DNA of 63,668 bases from a virus (lineage: Duplodnaviria; Caudoviricetes): IMG/VR virus record IMGVR_UViG_3300049432_000050, positions 1 through 63,668 of that record. One strand, given 5' to 3'. Both the position numbers and the translations under genes were made by a program. Below are positions 36,448-45,733 of the stretch, in pieces. The notes under the pieces are model-generated. The model searched no databases. It had not been told where the DNA came from and saw only the letters and a program-made list of their open reading frames with translations. Position 1 is the first letter of the stretch; each line of letters opens with the position of its first letter.

Positions 36448-37158
36448 ATGAACGATGATACGCCAGCGGAGGTCATGGACCGCTTCTGGCAACGCGTCGA
36501 TAAGCGCCCCGACTGCTGGCTTTGGACGGGTGGCCGTCGGAAGGGCAGACCGATCTTCTACGTCAGCAGTGAACGAGGCTACATCTACGGACGTCGCTTT
36601 GCGTGGGAGATCAACGGCGGCGAGCTGGACTCAAAGACGCTAGTCAAGGCAGCCTGCGGAGTGACGCTATGCGTCAACCCCGAACACGCCGTTCTGGTCC
36701 CGCGATGCCAAGTGGGCACGCAAGATATCGCTGCTGAGAAGCGGTGCGGAGGCTGCAAGGAGATGCTTCCCGCGCATGCCTTTAGTCGAAACCGCCGGAC
36801 ATCTACAGGTCTGTCGTCATGGTGTCGATCTTGCGTGCAGGAGAAGGCGCGTAACTACCGACTGAGCGATCCCGATGGGTGGCGCGAGAACAAGCTCTTC
36901 GTACGCTACGGGATCACCGCTGAGCAATACGATGCCCTGTTGGCGGCACATCGAGGGGTCTGCGCGGTGTGCGAGCGACCCAACAATCAGAACGACCGTC
37001 GCACAGGCCAGCACCGCCGACTGCACATCGACCATGACCATGCGACCGGCAAGGTTCGCGGACTGCTGTGCGCGAAATGCAATTCAGCTCTCGGACACGC
37101 CGACGACAGCCCGGAGCGACTACGCGCGATGGCCCTATATCTGGAGCGCTCCACATGA
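36448..37158 (+). CDS. Endonuclease VII-domain homing endonuclease with N-terminal HNH-like domain
   Basis: RFWQRVDK..DCWLWTG, CVNPEH, YGIT, CAVC, IDHDHATGKVRGLLCAKCN. Confidence 0.9.
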   Translation: MNDDTPAEVMDRFWQRVDKRPDCWLWTGGRRKGRPIFYVSSERGYIYGRRFAWEINGGELDSKTLVKAACGVTLCVNPEHAVLVPRCQVGTQDIAAEKRCGGCKEMLPAHAFSRNRRTSTGLSSWCRSCVQEKARNYRLSDPDGWRENKLFVRYGITAEQYDALLAAHRGVCAVCERPNNQNDRRTGQHRRLHIDHDHATGKVRGLLCAKCNSALGHADDSPERLRAMALYLERST

Positions 37159-37949
37159 CAACGGTCGCTGTCAGCCTCGTGAAAGACGAGCTGGACATCC
37201 TGCCGTTCACGCTCGCGCACATGCTGGAGCAATGCGACGCGATCATCGTCGCGGACAACATGAGCCGCGACGGGACACGCGAACTGCTGCACGGGTGGAT
37301 GGACGGTCGCCTGACCGTCATCGATGACCTCGAGCCCGCGTATCTCCAGTCGGAGAAGATGAGCGCGCTCGCGGAGCGGGCCCGCGGGATGGGCGCGACC
37401 TGGGTCCTGCCGTGGGACAGCGACGAGGCGTGGTTTGCGCGCAGTGGCCGCCGGATCGCTGACGTGCTGGCCGGGCTGCCGCGAGACGTGCTGATCGTGG
37501 AGGCCGACCTGTGGGATCACGTCCCGACGAGCCTTGACCCCGACGACGCGAACCCGCTGACCCGGATCGGGTGGCGCCGCTCCTACCCGGGCCCGCTGCC
37601 GAAGGTCGCGGTCCGCGCAGTGGACGGTGTCGTGATTGAGCAGGGCAACCACGGCGCGTGGTTCCCGCACACGGACCTGCCGGCGAAGGTGTCGAACCTC
37701 CTCACGCTCCGCCACTATGCCCTGCGGTCACCGGAGCAGATGATCCGCAAGGCACGCAACGGCGGCGCGGCGTACGCGGCAACCACCCTGCCGGAGCACG
37801 TCGGTGCGCACTGGCGGCGATGGTCGATGCTCAGCGACGAGCAGTTGCGCGAGGTGTTCGAGCGCTACTACTTCGCGGCGGACCCGGAGGCCGGTCCGAT
37901 GCCGCTGACGTTCGACCCGGCGCCGGTGCGATGCCCATTGCCGTCCTAG
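37155..37949 (+). CDS. Glycosyltransferase family 2-like
   Basis: VKDELDI, ADNMSRDGT, PWDSDE, QGNH, RHY..RS.EQ. Confidence 0.85.
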   Translation: MTTVAVSLVKDELDILPFTLAHMLEQCDAIIVADNMSRDGTRELLHGWMDGRLTVIDDLEPAYLQSEKMSALAERARGMGATWVLPWDSDEAWFARSGRRIADVLAGLPRDVLIVEADLWDHVPTSLDPDDANPLTRIGWRRSYPGPLPKVAVRAVDGVVIEQGNHGAWFPHTDLPAKVSNLLTLRHYALRSPEQMIRKARNGGAAYAATTLPEHVGAHWRRWSMLSDEQLREVFERYYFAADPEAGPMPLTFDPAPVRCPLPS

Positions 37950-38662
37950 TGCCTTGGAGGACCTCGTCGTGTCCGCATCGCAAGCGGGCGTTCGCGTGGG
38001 TGCTCGCAAGGCTCGCCGTGCACGGCTGGCCGATCATCGTCGGGAGGCACGACGACGGGCCGTGGTGCAAGGCGATGGCGGTCGCGGACGCGCTCGATCA
38101 GACAGCCGCGGATGTCCTCGTTCTGCATGACGCGGACGTGATCGCGGATGGGCTCGCTGAGGCCGTGCGAACGGTGCAGGCGGGTGCCGCGTGGGCGATG
38201 GCGCACCGCAGCGTCCACCGACTCACGGAGGCCGCCACCGGCCGCCTGATCGCCGGGGAGGACCCGGCGGGACTGGCGGTCGCGGAGCGCGCGTACCGCG
38301 GCGTCGAAGGCGGCGGCATCACCATCGTGCGGCGCGACGTGTACGAGGACTGCCCGCTGGACCCGCGGTTCCTCGGATGGTCCGGCGAGGACGAAGCGTT
38401 CGGCTGGGCACTCAGGACGCTGAACGGCCCGCCGTGGCGGCCGCTGGGGCACGCGCCGCTGTGGCACTGCTGGCATCCGTCACAGTCGCGGGCAACGAGG
38501 GCGCGCGGTTCGCTCGTGAGTTGGGACCTCAGAAAGAGATACGCGCGAGCACAGCACGACCCGACCGCCATGAGGGCACTGATCGAGGAGGCGAAGACCT
38601 GTGAGCTTGACGGACCTGCTGAACCGGCCGGTGACGATCGTCAGGCGGTCCGAGGTCGATGA
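37931..38662 (+). CDS. Glycosyltransferase (GT7-like; paralog of 34824-35459)
   Basis: VPWR, LHDADV, DPRFLGWSGED, WHCWH. Confidence 0.85.
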   Translation: MPIAVLVPWRTSSCPHRKRAFAWVLARLAVHGWPIIVGRHDDGPWCKAMAVADALDQTAADVLVLHDADVIADGLAEAVRTVQAGAAWAMAHRSVHRLTEAATGRLIAGEDPAGLAVAERAYRGVEGGGITIVRRDVYEDCPLDPRFLGWSGEDEAFGWALRTLNGPPWRPLGHAPLWHCWHPSQSRATRARGSLVSWDLRKRYARAQHDPTAMRALIEEAKTCELDGPAEPAGDDRQAVRGR

Positions 38663-38945
38663 CGACGCGTTCGACCCCGCCCCCGGCGAAACGCTGGTCG
38701 TCACGATCGGGGAACTTCAGCAGACGCAGCGCACCGAGCCCGTCGCAGAAGGCGAGCTGTCCGTCACGACGTGGCTGCTCGTGCTCCCGGCGGGCACGGT
38801 CATCGACACGGGGGATGGCGTGATCGCGGACGGCTCCGTGTACGAGGTCATCGGTGACAGCTGGCGAGCCCGTAACCCGCGCACGAGACTGGAAAGCCAT
38901 GTGGAATGCACGATCAAGCGAACCGGTGGGGAGGGCGGATCGTGA
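38601..38945 (+). CDS. Head-to-tail stopper
   Basis: Size and position; DGSVYEVIG, SHVE. Confidence 0.75.
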   Translation: MSLTDLLNRPVTIVRRSEVDDDAFDPAPGETLVVTIGELQQTQRTEPVAEGELSVTTWLLVLPAGTVIDTGDGVIADGSVYEVIGDSWRARNPRTRLESHVECTIKRTGGEGGS

Positions 38946-39385
38946 GCACCGTCATCGTGCTTCCCGACGTCGAGGCGCTCGTCGGCGGGTGGCTGACCGC
39001 GAGTCCCCTGATCACCGGCATGGACGCCCGTGTGGCCGCTCGCACCCCGGACTCGATGACGCGACCGTGGGTGCGTGTGACGCTGCTCACCGCCGAAGAT
39101 GACCCGGCCTCCCAGGTCGAGTATCTCGTCGACTACGGGCTGCAGCTCGACTGCTACGCGGGGTCGACGTCGATGGCGGCGTACACGGGCCGCGCGGAAG
39201 CCGGGCTCCTCGCGCGCCGCGTCCGCGCCGTCCTGAAGGCCCAGCAGGGCGTGTCAGCGGACGGTGTCGTCGTGACACGCGTCAGGTTCCCCGGATTCGC
39301 GCGGCTGCCCGACACGGCGTATGAGCCGGCCAGGGAGCGGTACGTCATCACCGTGGAGGTCCTCGCGCATGCGCTACCGGCCTGA
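38942..39385 (+). CDS. Tail terminator
   Basis: LPDVEAL, LQLDCYA, RERY; position. Confidence 0.7.
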   Translation: MSTVIVLPDVEALVGGWLTASPLITGMDARVAARTPDSMTRPWVRVTLLTAEDDPASQVEYLVDYGLQLDCYAGSTSMAAYTGRAEAGLLARRVRAVLKAQQGVSADGVVVTRVRFPGFARLPDTAYEPARERYVITVEVLAHALPA

Positions 39386-39668
39386 GCCCGGGTACCGCAA
39401 GGCGCTGCGGGCGCAGCCGGAGTTCAAGGCGGCGATGGTCTTCACGACGCGGTACGTCGCCGGGGTCATCAGGTTCATGGCGCTGCCATACCGGCACACC
39501 GGCTACTACATTCAGCGCATCGAGGAGCGCGGAACCACGATCCGCTTCCGGGATTGGGGTTGGCATTTTTCCGAGTATGGGACCGTGCGGAATCCGCCGC
39601 AGCGCAACGCGTACCGTGGCGTCAAGGCGTCCGGGCTCGGCTGGCGCGACGGGCGCGAACAGCTCTAG
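39369..39668 (+). CDS. HK97 gp10-like neck/tail completion protein
   Basis: HTGYY, WHFSEYGT..NPP. Confidence 0.65.
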   Translation: MRYRPEPGYRKALRAQPEFKAAMVFTTRYVAGVIRFMALPYRHTGYYIQRIEERGTTIRFRDWGWHFSEYGTVRNPPQRNAYRGVKASGLGWRDGREQL

Positions 39669-39739
39669 AACTTCTCGCCCGCAGTTCGCGCGGGCTCGAT
39701 CGCAAGACCCCTGCAAGTCCCCGATGAAAGGACGCTCTC

Positions 39740-40312
39740 ATGGCGTGGCAGGATCCGACCGAAATTACAGTCGCCAGTGCGGGAGAAATTTTCATAGCTC
39801 CCGTCGGCACCGCGCTCCCCACCACCCCGACGGCGGCGCTGAACGCGGCGTTCGTCGGCCTCGGTTACGTCACCGAGGACGGCGTGACGTTCACGATCAC
39901 CCCGGAGATCCAGGAAATCCCGGCGTGGCAGTCCCGGCAGCCCGTCCGCCGCGACCTGATCTCCCAGGCCGTCGGGGCGTCGTTCTCGCTGCTGCAGTGG
40001 AACGAAACGAACGTGCCGTTCGCGTTCGGTGGCGGGACGGTCACGAATCCGTCCGGGTCGATCTACCGCTACGAACTGCCGACGTCCGGCGCGCTCGACG
40101 AGAGAGCAGTGATCGTCGACGGGCTCGACGGCACCCGGCACGTGCGGTTCATCCTGCCGCGCTGCTCGGTGACGGATGCCGTCGAGACGCAGCTCGTCAG
40201 GACATCGGCGGCGGTCCTGCCGATCACGCTCGCGGGCTCCCAGCCGTCCGACGGGTCCTCGGCGTTCGTGTTCCTCACCGACGACTCCGCCGCGTTCGTG
40301 GCCGGTTCCTGA
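39740..40312 (+). CDS. Major tail protein
   Basis: IAPVGTALPT, LGYVTEDGV, IPAWQ. Confidence 0.9.
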   Translation: MAWQDPTEITVASAGEIFIAPVGTALPTTPTAALNAAFVGLGYVTEDGVTFTITPEIQEIPAWQSRQPVRRDLISQAVGASFSLLQWNETNVPFAFGGGTVTNPSGSIYRYELPTSGALDERAVIVDGLDGTRHVRFILPRCSVTDAVETQLVRTSAAVLPITLAGSQPSDGSSAFVFLTDDSAAFVAGS

Positions 40313-40671
40313 TGGCTGCCACGACGAAGGCGAAGCCTCCGGCGGCAGCGAAGAATGGGGGGCCGCCCGCTCAGCGCGTCATCGATCTCGCCGCGGCACG
40401 GGTCGCGCGGCTGGAAGCGCAGGGCGAGCTCGTCACGCTCAAGTGGTCGGATGACATCACGTTCACGCTCCCCGTGGAGATGCCCGCCGACTTCGCGATC
40501 CTCGGACAGGAACGCGACGTTCACGGCGCCGTCGCCGCGCTCATCGGGGACCGCACCGACGAGTTCTTCGCGTTGCGGCCATCAATGGATGACCTGATGG
40601 AACTCCTGCAGGCCGCCGGGAAGGTGTACGGCATGGAGCCGGGGGAATCACCAGCCTCGGATGGGTCCTAG
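40312..40671 (+). CDS. Tail assembly chaperone (G)
   Basis: Between major tail and tape measure genes; ends at a slippery site. Confidence 0.85.
   Translation: MAATTKAKPPAAAKNGGPPAQRVIDLAAARVARLEAQGELVTLKWSDDITFTLPVEMPADFAILGQERDVHGAVAALIGDRTDEFFALRPSMDDLMELLQAAGKVYGMEPGESPASDGS
40641..40647 (+). other. Programmed -1 frameshift site G GGG GAA
   Basis: The -1 frame is open from here through LEADFQHYY to 41042. Confidence 0.85.
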
Positions 40672-41042
40672 CCTCGCGCTGGGGCTTGCTCGAGGCGGAC
40701 TTTCAGCACTACTACTCGATGGACCTTCGGGTGCAGGTCGGCGTGTCCGGCTGCCGTAGGCTGTGGGCTCTTGTCCGCGGCCTGCCTGTCGATGCTGCGG
40801 TGTGGCGCGACGGGAAGCACTGGACGCAAGCGGACGAGTTGCAGGCGATCGGAATAGAGCGTGGGGATATCTGGGGTCATCGCCTTGCGGTGGCCTCTCG
40901 TGCGTTCAAGGGCCGCATCCCGGAGATGCCCAGGATTGAGCACCCGGACAGGCGCGGCTCCGAGGATGTGCCGGCGAGGCCGAGGATGTCGTCGCGGTCT
41001 GAGATCCATGCGTTCGCACGAGCGGTAGGGGGCGGCGGCTGA
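40641..41042 (+). CDS. Tail assembly chaperone frameshift extension (GT)
   Basis: LEADFQHYY..DL...RRLWALVRGLP motif. Confidence 0.8.
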   Translation, partial: GGITSLGWVLASRWGLLEADFQHYYSMDLRVQVGVSGCRRLWALVRGLPVDAAVWRDGKHWTQADELQAIGIERGDIWGHRLAVASRAFKGRIPEMPRIEHPDRRGSEDVPARPRMSSRSEIHAFARAVGGGG

Positions 41043-44000
41043 TGGCGACGAAGGTGGGCACCGGCTACGTCTCGATCGAGCCAGAATTCGACCAGTTCGA
41101 CGCGCAGGTCCGCGCCCGCCTGTCGGCGCTCGACAACGAGTTCAAGCGGGTCGGCCGGTCCGCCGGGGACGGGTTCTCGCAAGGGTTCTCCGCGGGCCGT
41201 TCGTCGCGTGAGCTTGACACGGTCCGCGGGAAGCTCAGCGACGTTGACCGGGAGGCGAAGAAGACATCCAAGAGCCTCGGCGGCATCGGGTCCGGCGGCG
41301 GCGGTGGCGGGATCAGGAACACGAGCCGTGACCTCGATGCGTTCGGTGGCGCCGCGGCGGGGGCGACGGCAACGATCGGCGGGTTCCGTGTCGCGCTCGC
41401 CGCGCTCGTGCCCGTCACGATCGGGTTCGGTGGCGCAGCGGTCGCGGCCGGCGCGAGCCTGATCCCGCTCGCCGGGCTCGCCGCCGCCGCAGGCAACGCG
41501 CTGGCCGCCGCGGCGCAGGGAATGGGGGTCTTCAAGCTCGCGACAATGGGTGTCGCGGACGCGCTGAAGGAACAGGTCGATAAGCAGGGCAAGGCGGCGT
41601 CCGCGGCGATCAGCACCGCGGGGCAGCAGCGCGCCGCCGCACGATCGATCCAGTCCGCGCAGGACGGGCTACGCGACGCCGTCCGTGCCGCGTCCGACGC
41701 GGTACTGGAACAGGCGAAGGCCGCGGACGCGATCACGCCGGCGTTCACCACGGCGCGTGTCCGCGTGAACGATCTGCGTCAAGCGGTCGTCGATGCTGGT
41801 CTGTCGTTGCGTGGCGCGAAGCTCGCCGCGGAGGATGCGCGGCAGGCTCTCGCGGACCTCGTCAACGGCCCGGATCCGCGGAAGCTCGCGGACGCGCACC
41901 GTGCGATCACCGACGCGGTTCGTGGTGAGGACTCGGCGGTGCAGGCGCTGACGGACGCGCACAAGGCGCTGCAGGATCTCCTCAAGCCCGCCGACGCGCT
42001 CTCGGTTGCGGACGCGACGGATGCGGTCGCGGACGCGGTCCGCAACGAGGAACGCGCCCGCCTCGCGCTGAACAAGCAGATCACCGAGACCAGGTTCATC
42101 CTGCAGGGTGGCCCAGGGGTCACCGACGACGCGCAGGCACAGGCCCGCCTCGATCTCGCGGACGCGGAGAACGCGGTAGGGGACGCGACGCGGCAGACGG
42201 AGCACGCGAAGGAGGGCCTCAAGAAGCTGGAGGGTCCCGACCAATCGGCGGTTGAGGCGGCCCGCCGGAAGGTCAGCGACGCTGAGGAAGGGGTTCGCCG
42301 CGCGGCGGAAACGACGCTGAGCGCACGGAAGGATCTCGTCGACCTTGAGAAGCCCGCGACGTCATTGGAGCTCGCGAAGGCACGCTTGGATGTTGCGCAG
42401 GCGGAGAACGCGGTGGGGGACGCTGAGCGTGACCGGTTGCGATCGTCGCGGGATCTCGCGGAAGCGGAGAAGCTTGGGCTCAGCCGGGCGCCCGAGGTCG
42501 TCGCCGCCCGTGACGCGCTGGCGAAAGCAAACCGGGACGTCGAGGACTCCGAACGGGCGGTCGCACGCGCTGAGCAGGCATTGGGGGATGCGCAGCTGTC
42601 CGCGAAGGAGGCGATGGCGTCCGCCGGACTGGCCGCAGCGAACCTGAACGAGAAGTTCGACAAGCTCCCGCCGGCCGCGCAGGCATTCGTGCGGGTGCTG
42701 AAGGACATGAAGCCGCGCCTCGACGAGCTGCGGCAGACCGCTGCCGCCGGGTTCTTCCCCGGCGCCACCGAGGGGCTACAGGCAGCCGCGCACAACTTCG
42801 ACAGCGTCAACAAGGTCGTCGGGCAGACCGCGACCGTCCTCGGCGAAGCGGCCCGCAAGAGCGGCGAGCTCGTCGGGAGCCCGGCGTTCGGGAAGGATCT
42901 AGAGACGATCGGTGGCCGCAACGCGAAGGTGCTCGACACCCTCGGCGAAGCACTCCGCCACGTCGTATCCGCGTTGCGGTACGTCGCGCTGGCAGCGGGC
43001 CCGTTGACGCAGCACCTCGCGGACCTCATCAACGGCTGGTCGAAAACTGCGGCATCCTCAGCGAAGGCGGGCGAGGAGTCCGGCCGGCTCGCGGGGTTCT
43101 TCCAGAAGACGGAGGACATCACCCGCCGGCTGCTGTCCGTGCTCGGGCACCTCGGCTCCGGGCTGCTCGGTGTCGGCAAGGCCGGGAAGGACACCGGCGA
43201 CGACATCTGGAAGAGCATTGACAAGGCCGCGAAGCGGTTCGATGAGTGGGCGAACAGCGCGAAGGGCCAGAAGGCGCTGAAGGACTTCTTCCGCGAAGCG
43301 AAGGAGCTCGCGGCGGCACTCATCCCGATCATCGGGGGTGTCGCGAAGGGCGTCGGGTTCCTCGTGTTCAAGGCGCTGCCGTTGTCGGAGATCCTGAAGC
43401 TCCTCGGCCCGTACGCCGACGAGGCGACGGTCGCGTTCGTCGCGTTCAAGGTCGCGACGTTCGCTGCGGCGGCCGCATCGAACGTCGCGGGGTTCGCGAC
43501 GAAGGCGTGGGCGGCCGGGCAATGGCTGCTCAACGCGGCCCTGGCGGCGAACCCGATCGTGCTCATCGTCGCCGGTCTCGCCGCGCTCGCCGCAGGACTG
43601 ATCTACGCGTACACGCACTCCGAGACGTTCCGCAAGATCGTCGACGGTGCGCTGCATGCCGTCGGTGACGCGTTCACGTGGATGTGGAACGCCGCGAAGG
43701 ACGTCTTCAACTGGCTGAAGGAGAACTGGCCGCTCGTGCTAGCGATCCTCACGGGGCCGATTGGGCTCGCGGTCCTAGAGATCGTGAAGCACTGGGATGA
43801 CATCAAGCGCATCTTCACGGACGGCGTGAAGGCAGTCATCGACGGCATCACCGCCGCCGCGCAGTGGTTCATCGACGCTGGAAAGAACATGGTGCGCTGG
43901 ATCGTGGATGGCATCAAGGCTCTCGCGTCCGCGCTCGCGGATGCCGCGGGCTGGGTCAAGAACCGCTTCGTTGACGGCATCCAAGCGGTCGCCGAAGCCT

Positions 44001-45733
44001 TCAAGTCCGTCGGGACCTGGGTGCTCAACCGGTTCGTGGACGGCGTGAAAGCGGTCGCCAGCGTCATTGCCGATGTCGCGGGCTGGCTAAAGAACCGGTT
44101 CGTGGAGGGCGTCAAGAACTCGATCGACGCGTTCCTGTCCGTCGGCGGGTGGGTGCTGCACCGGTTCGTCGACGGCGTGATGGCGGCAGTGGACGTGGTC
44201 CTATCGGTCGGCGGGTGGCTGAAGAACCGGTTCCTTGATGGCGTCAACGCCGCGAAGGATGGCTTCCTGAGCGTCGGGAAGAGCATCCTCGGGTTCATCG
44301 TCGACGGCATGAAGAGTGGTGGCCGCCTGCTGCTCGGGTTCGTCAACGACATCATCGACATCGTCAACTCGCTGCTGGGCGCGATCGGTGTCGACAAGAT
44401 CGGGCACATCTCCGCGAAGAGCGTGGGGCTCGCCGCCGAGGGGCACGCACGCGGCGGGGTACTCGGGCTCGCTCGCGGCGGCGCGTTCGCACGGACAGGC
44501 GGCATCGTCGACAAGCCGATGGTCATGCTCGGCGAGGAAGCTCCGACGCACAGGGAATGGGTCATCCCGGAGAACCCGGCATACCGCGACCGGGCGCGCG
44601 ACCTCCTCATGCAGGCATGGGGGACGATTGGGTTCGCGGGCGGCGGCGTCTACAGCAAGAGCGACTTGGCCGCGCTGTGGAAGCGCGCGAACGGCGGGCT
44701 CGGCGACGCGAACCTCATGGCCGCTATCGCGCTCGCGGAATCCGGGGGCGACCCGCGGGCACACAACCCGTCTGGCGCATCAGGTCTATGGCAGATCCTC
44801 GGCAAGCCGTTCCCCGGCGACGCGTTCGACCCGGCGACGAATGCGCGGATGGCCGGCGCGAAGCTGAGCTCGCAAGGGCTCGGGGCCTGGGTGGCGTACA
44901 CGAACGGCGCGTACCGCAAGTTCATGGGCGGCGGCGACAGCGGCGGCGGGCTGCTCGGCAAGATCACCGGCGCCATCGGTGACCTCCTGTCCAAGGGCGC
45001 CGGGCTCATCCTCGACAAGCTCCCCGGGGCCGGTGGCCTCCCGCGCTGGCTGCGCGGCATCGGCGAATCGCTACTGGAAAAGGTCGGCGGATGGGTGAAA
45101 GACAAGGTGTCCGATTTCATCGGTCTCGGCGACGGCGACGGCGCACCGAAGGGCGGTGTGACGGACGCGATTCAGGGCGCGATGGCGCTCGCCCGCAGCA
45201 TGGGCCTCCAGATCACGAGCACGACCGGTGGGCAGCACGCAGCGAACTCCTGGCACTACAAGGGGCGCGCCGCGGACGTCGCCGGAACGCCCGCGCAGAT
45301 GGCCGCGTTCTACAAGGCGGCGCTCGGCCGGTACGACGGGAAGCTGCTCGAACTGTTCTATGACCCGGTCGGCGCGATCAAGAACGGCCAATCCATCCCG
45401 GCGATCGGCGGGCACTCCGATCACGTGCACATCGCGCTTGCGAAGGGCGGCCTCCTCGGCCCGGACGCCCCACCGTTCGGGGGGTCATTCGCGCTCGGCG
45501 GCATCGTCCCGGGCCCCACCGGGGCCCCCCGCCTCATCGAAGCTCACGGAGGAGAGACCGTCATGCCAGAAGGCGAACTGCGAGTACTCATCGGCGAGCT
45601 CCGAGCGTTGAACGCGTCCCCCACCCTTGACGTGATCCGCGCCCTCGTCGGGATCGTCAACACCCAGCAGGGCCGCAGCGCGCGGCACAGGTCGATGACG
45701 GCTGGGCTCGGAGGGTTCCCGGCAACACCGTGA
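41042..45733 (+). CDS. Tape measure protein with C-terminal lytic transglycosylase and peptidase-like domains
   Basis: 1563 aa; coiled coils, Trp/Phe periodic repeats, AIALAESGG...GLWQI, SWHY.GRAADV...HSDHVH. Confidence 0.93.
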   Translation: MATKVGTGYVSIEPEFDQFDAQVRARLSALDNEFKRVGRSAGDGFSQGFSAGRSSRELDTVRGKLSDVDREAKKTSKSLGGIGSGGGGGGIRNTSRDLDAFGGAAAGATATIGGFRVALAALVPVTIGFGGAAVAAGASLIPLAGLAAAAGNALAAAAQGMGVFKLATMGVADALKEQVDKQGKAASAAISTAGQQRAAARSIQSAQDGLRDAVRAASDAVLEQAKAADAITPAFTTARVRVNDLRQAVVDAGLSLRGAKLAAEDARQALADLVNGPDPRKLADAHRAITDAVRGEDSAVQALTDAHKALQDLLKPADALSVADATDAVADAVRNEERARLALNKQITETRFILQGGPGVTDDAQAQARLDLADAENAVGDATRQTEHAKEGLKKLEGPDQSAVEAARRKVSDAEEGVRRAAETTLSARKDLVDLEKPATSLELAKARLDVAQAENAVGDAERDRLRSSRDLAEAEKLGLSRAPEVVAARDALAKANRDVEDSERAVARAEQALGDAQLSAKEAMASAGLAAANLNEKFDKLPPAAQAFVRVLKDMKPRLDELRQTAAAGFFPGATEGLQAAAHNFDSVNKVVGQTATVLGEAARKSGELVGSPAFGKDLETIGGRNAKVLDTLGEALRHVVSALRYVALAAGPLTQHLADLINGWSKTAASSAKAGEESGRLAGFFQKTEDITRRLLSVLGHLGSGLLGVGKAGKDTGDDIWKSIDKAAKRFDEWANSAKGQKALKDFFREAKELAAALIPIIGGVAKGVGFLVFKALPLSEILKLLGPYADEATVAFVAFKVATFAAAAASNVAGFATKAWAAGQWLLNAALAANPIVLIVAGLAALAAGLIYAYTHSETFRKIVDGALHAVGDAFTWMWNAAKDVFNWLKENWPLVLAILTGPIGLAVLEIVKHWDDIKRIFTDGVKAVIDGITAAAQWFIDAGKNMVRWIVDGIKALASALADAAGWVKNRFVDGIQAVAEAFKSVGTWVLNRFVDGVKAVASVIADVAGWLKNRFVEGVKNSIDAFLSVGGWVLHRFVDGVMAAVDVVLSVGGWLKNRFLDGVNAAKDGFLSVGKSILGFIVDGMKSGGRLLLGFVNDIIDIVNSLLGAIGVDKIGHISAKSVGLAAEGHARGGVLGLARGGAFARTGGIVDKPMVMLGEEAPTHREWVIPENPAYRDRARDLLMQAWGTIGFAGGGVYSKSDLAALWKRANGGLGDANLMAAIALAESGGDPRAHNPSGASGLWQILGKPFPGDAFDPATNARMAGAKLSSQGLGAWVAYTNGAYRKFMGGGDSGGGLLGKITGAIGDLLSKGAGLILDKLPGAGGLPRWLRGIGESLLEKVGGWVKDKVSDFIGLGDGDGAPKGGVTDAIQGAMALARSMGLQITSTTGGQHAANSWHYKGRAADVAGTPAQMAAFYKAALGRYDGKLLELFYDPVGAIKNGQSIPAIGGHSDHVHIALAKGGLLGPDAPPFGGSFALGGIVPGPTGAPRLIEAHGGETVMPEGELRVLIGELRALNASPTLDVIRALVGIVNTQQGRSARHRSMTAGLGGFPATP

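Noticed and set aside
40641-40647. Tail chaperone frameshift as a novelty
   Set aside because: Canonical, well-described feature; listed as a feature only
43850-44300. 22-aa WLKNRF repeats in the tape measure
   Set aside because: Ordinary tape-measure periodicity
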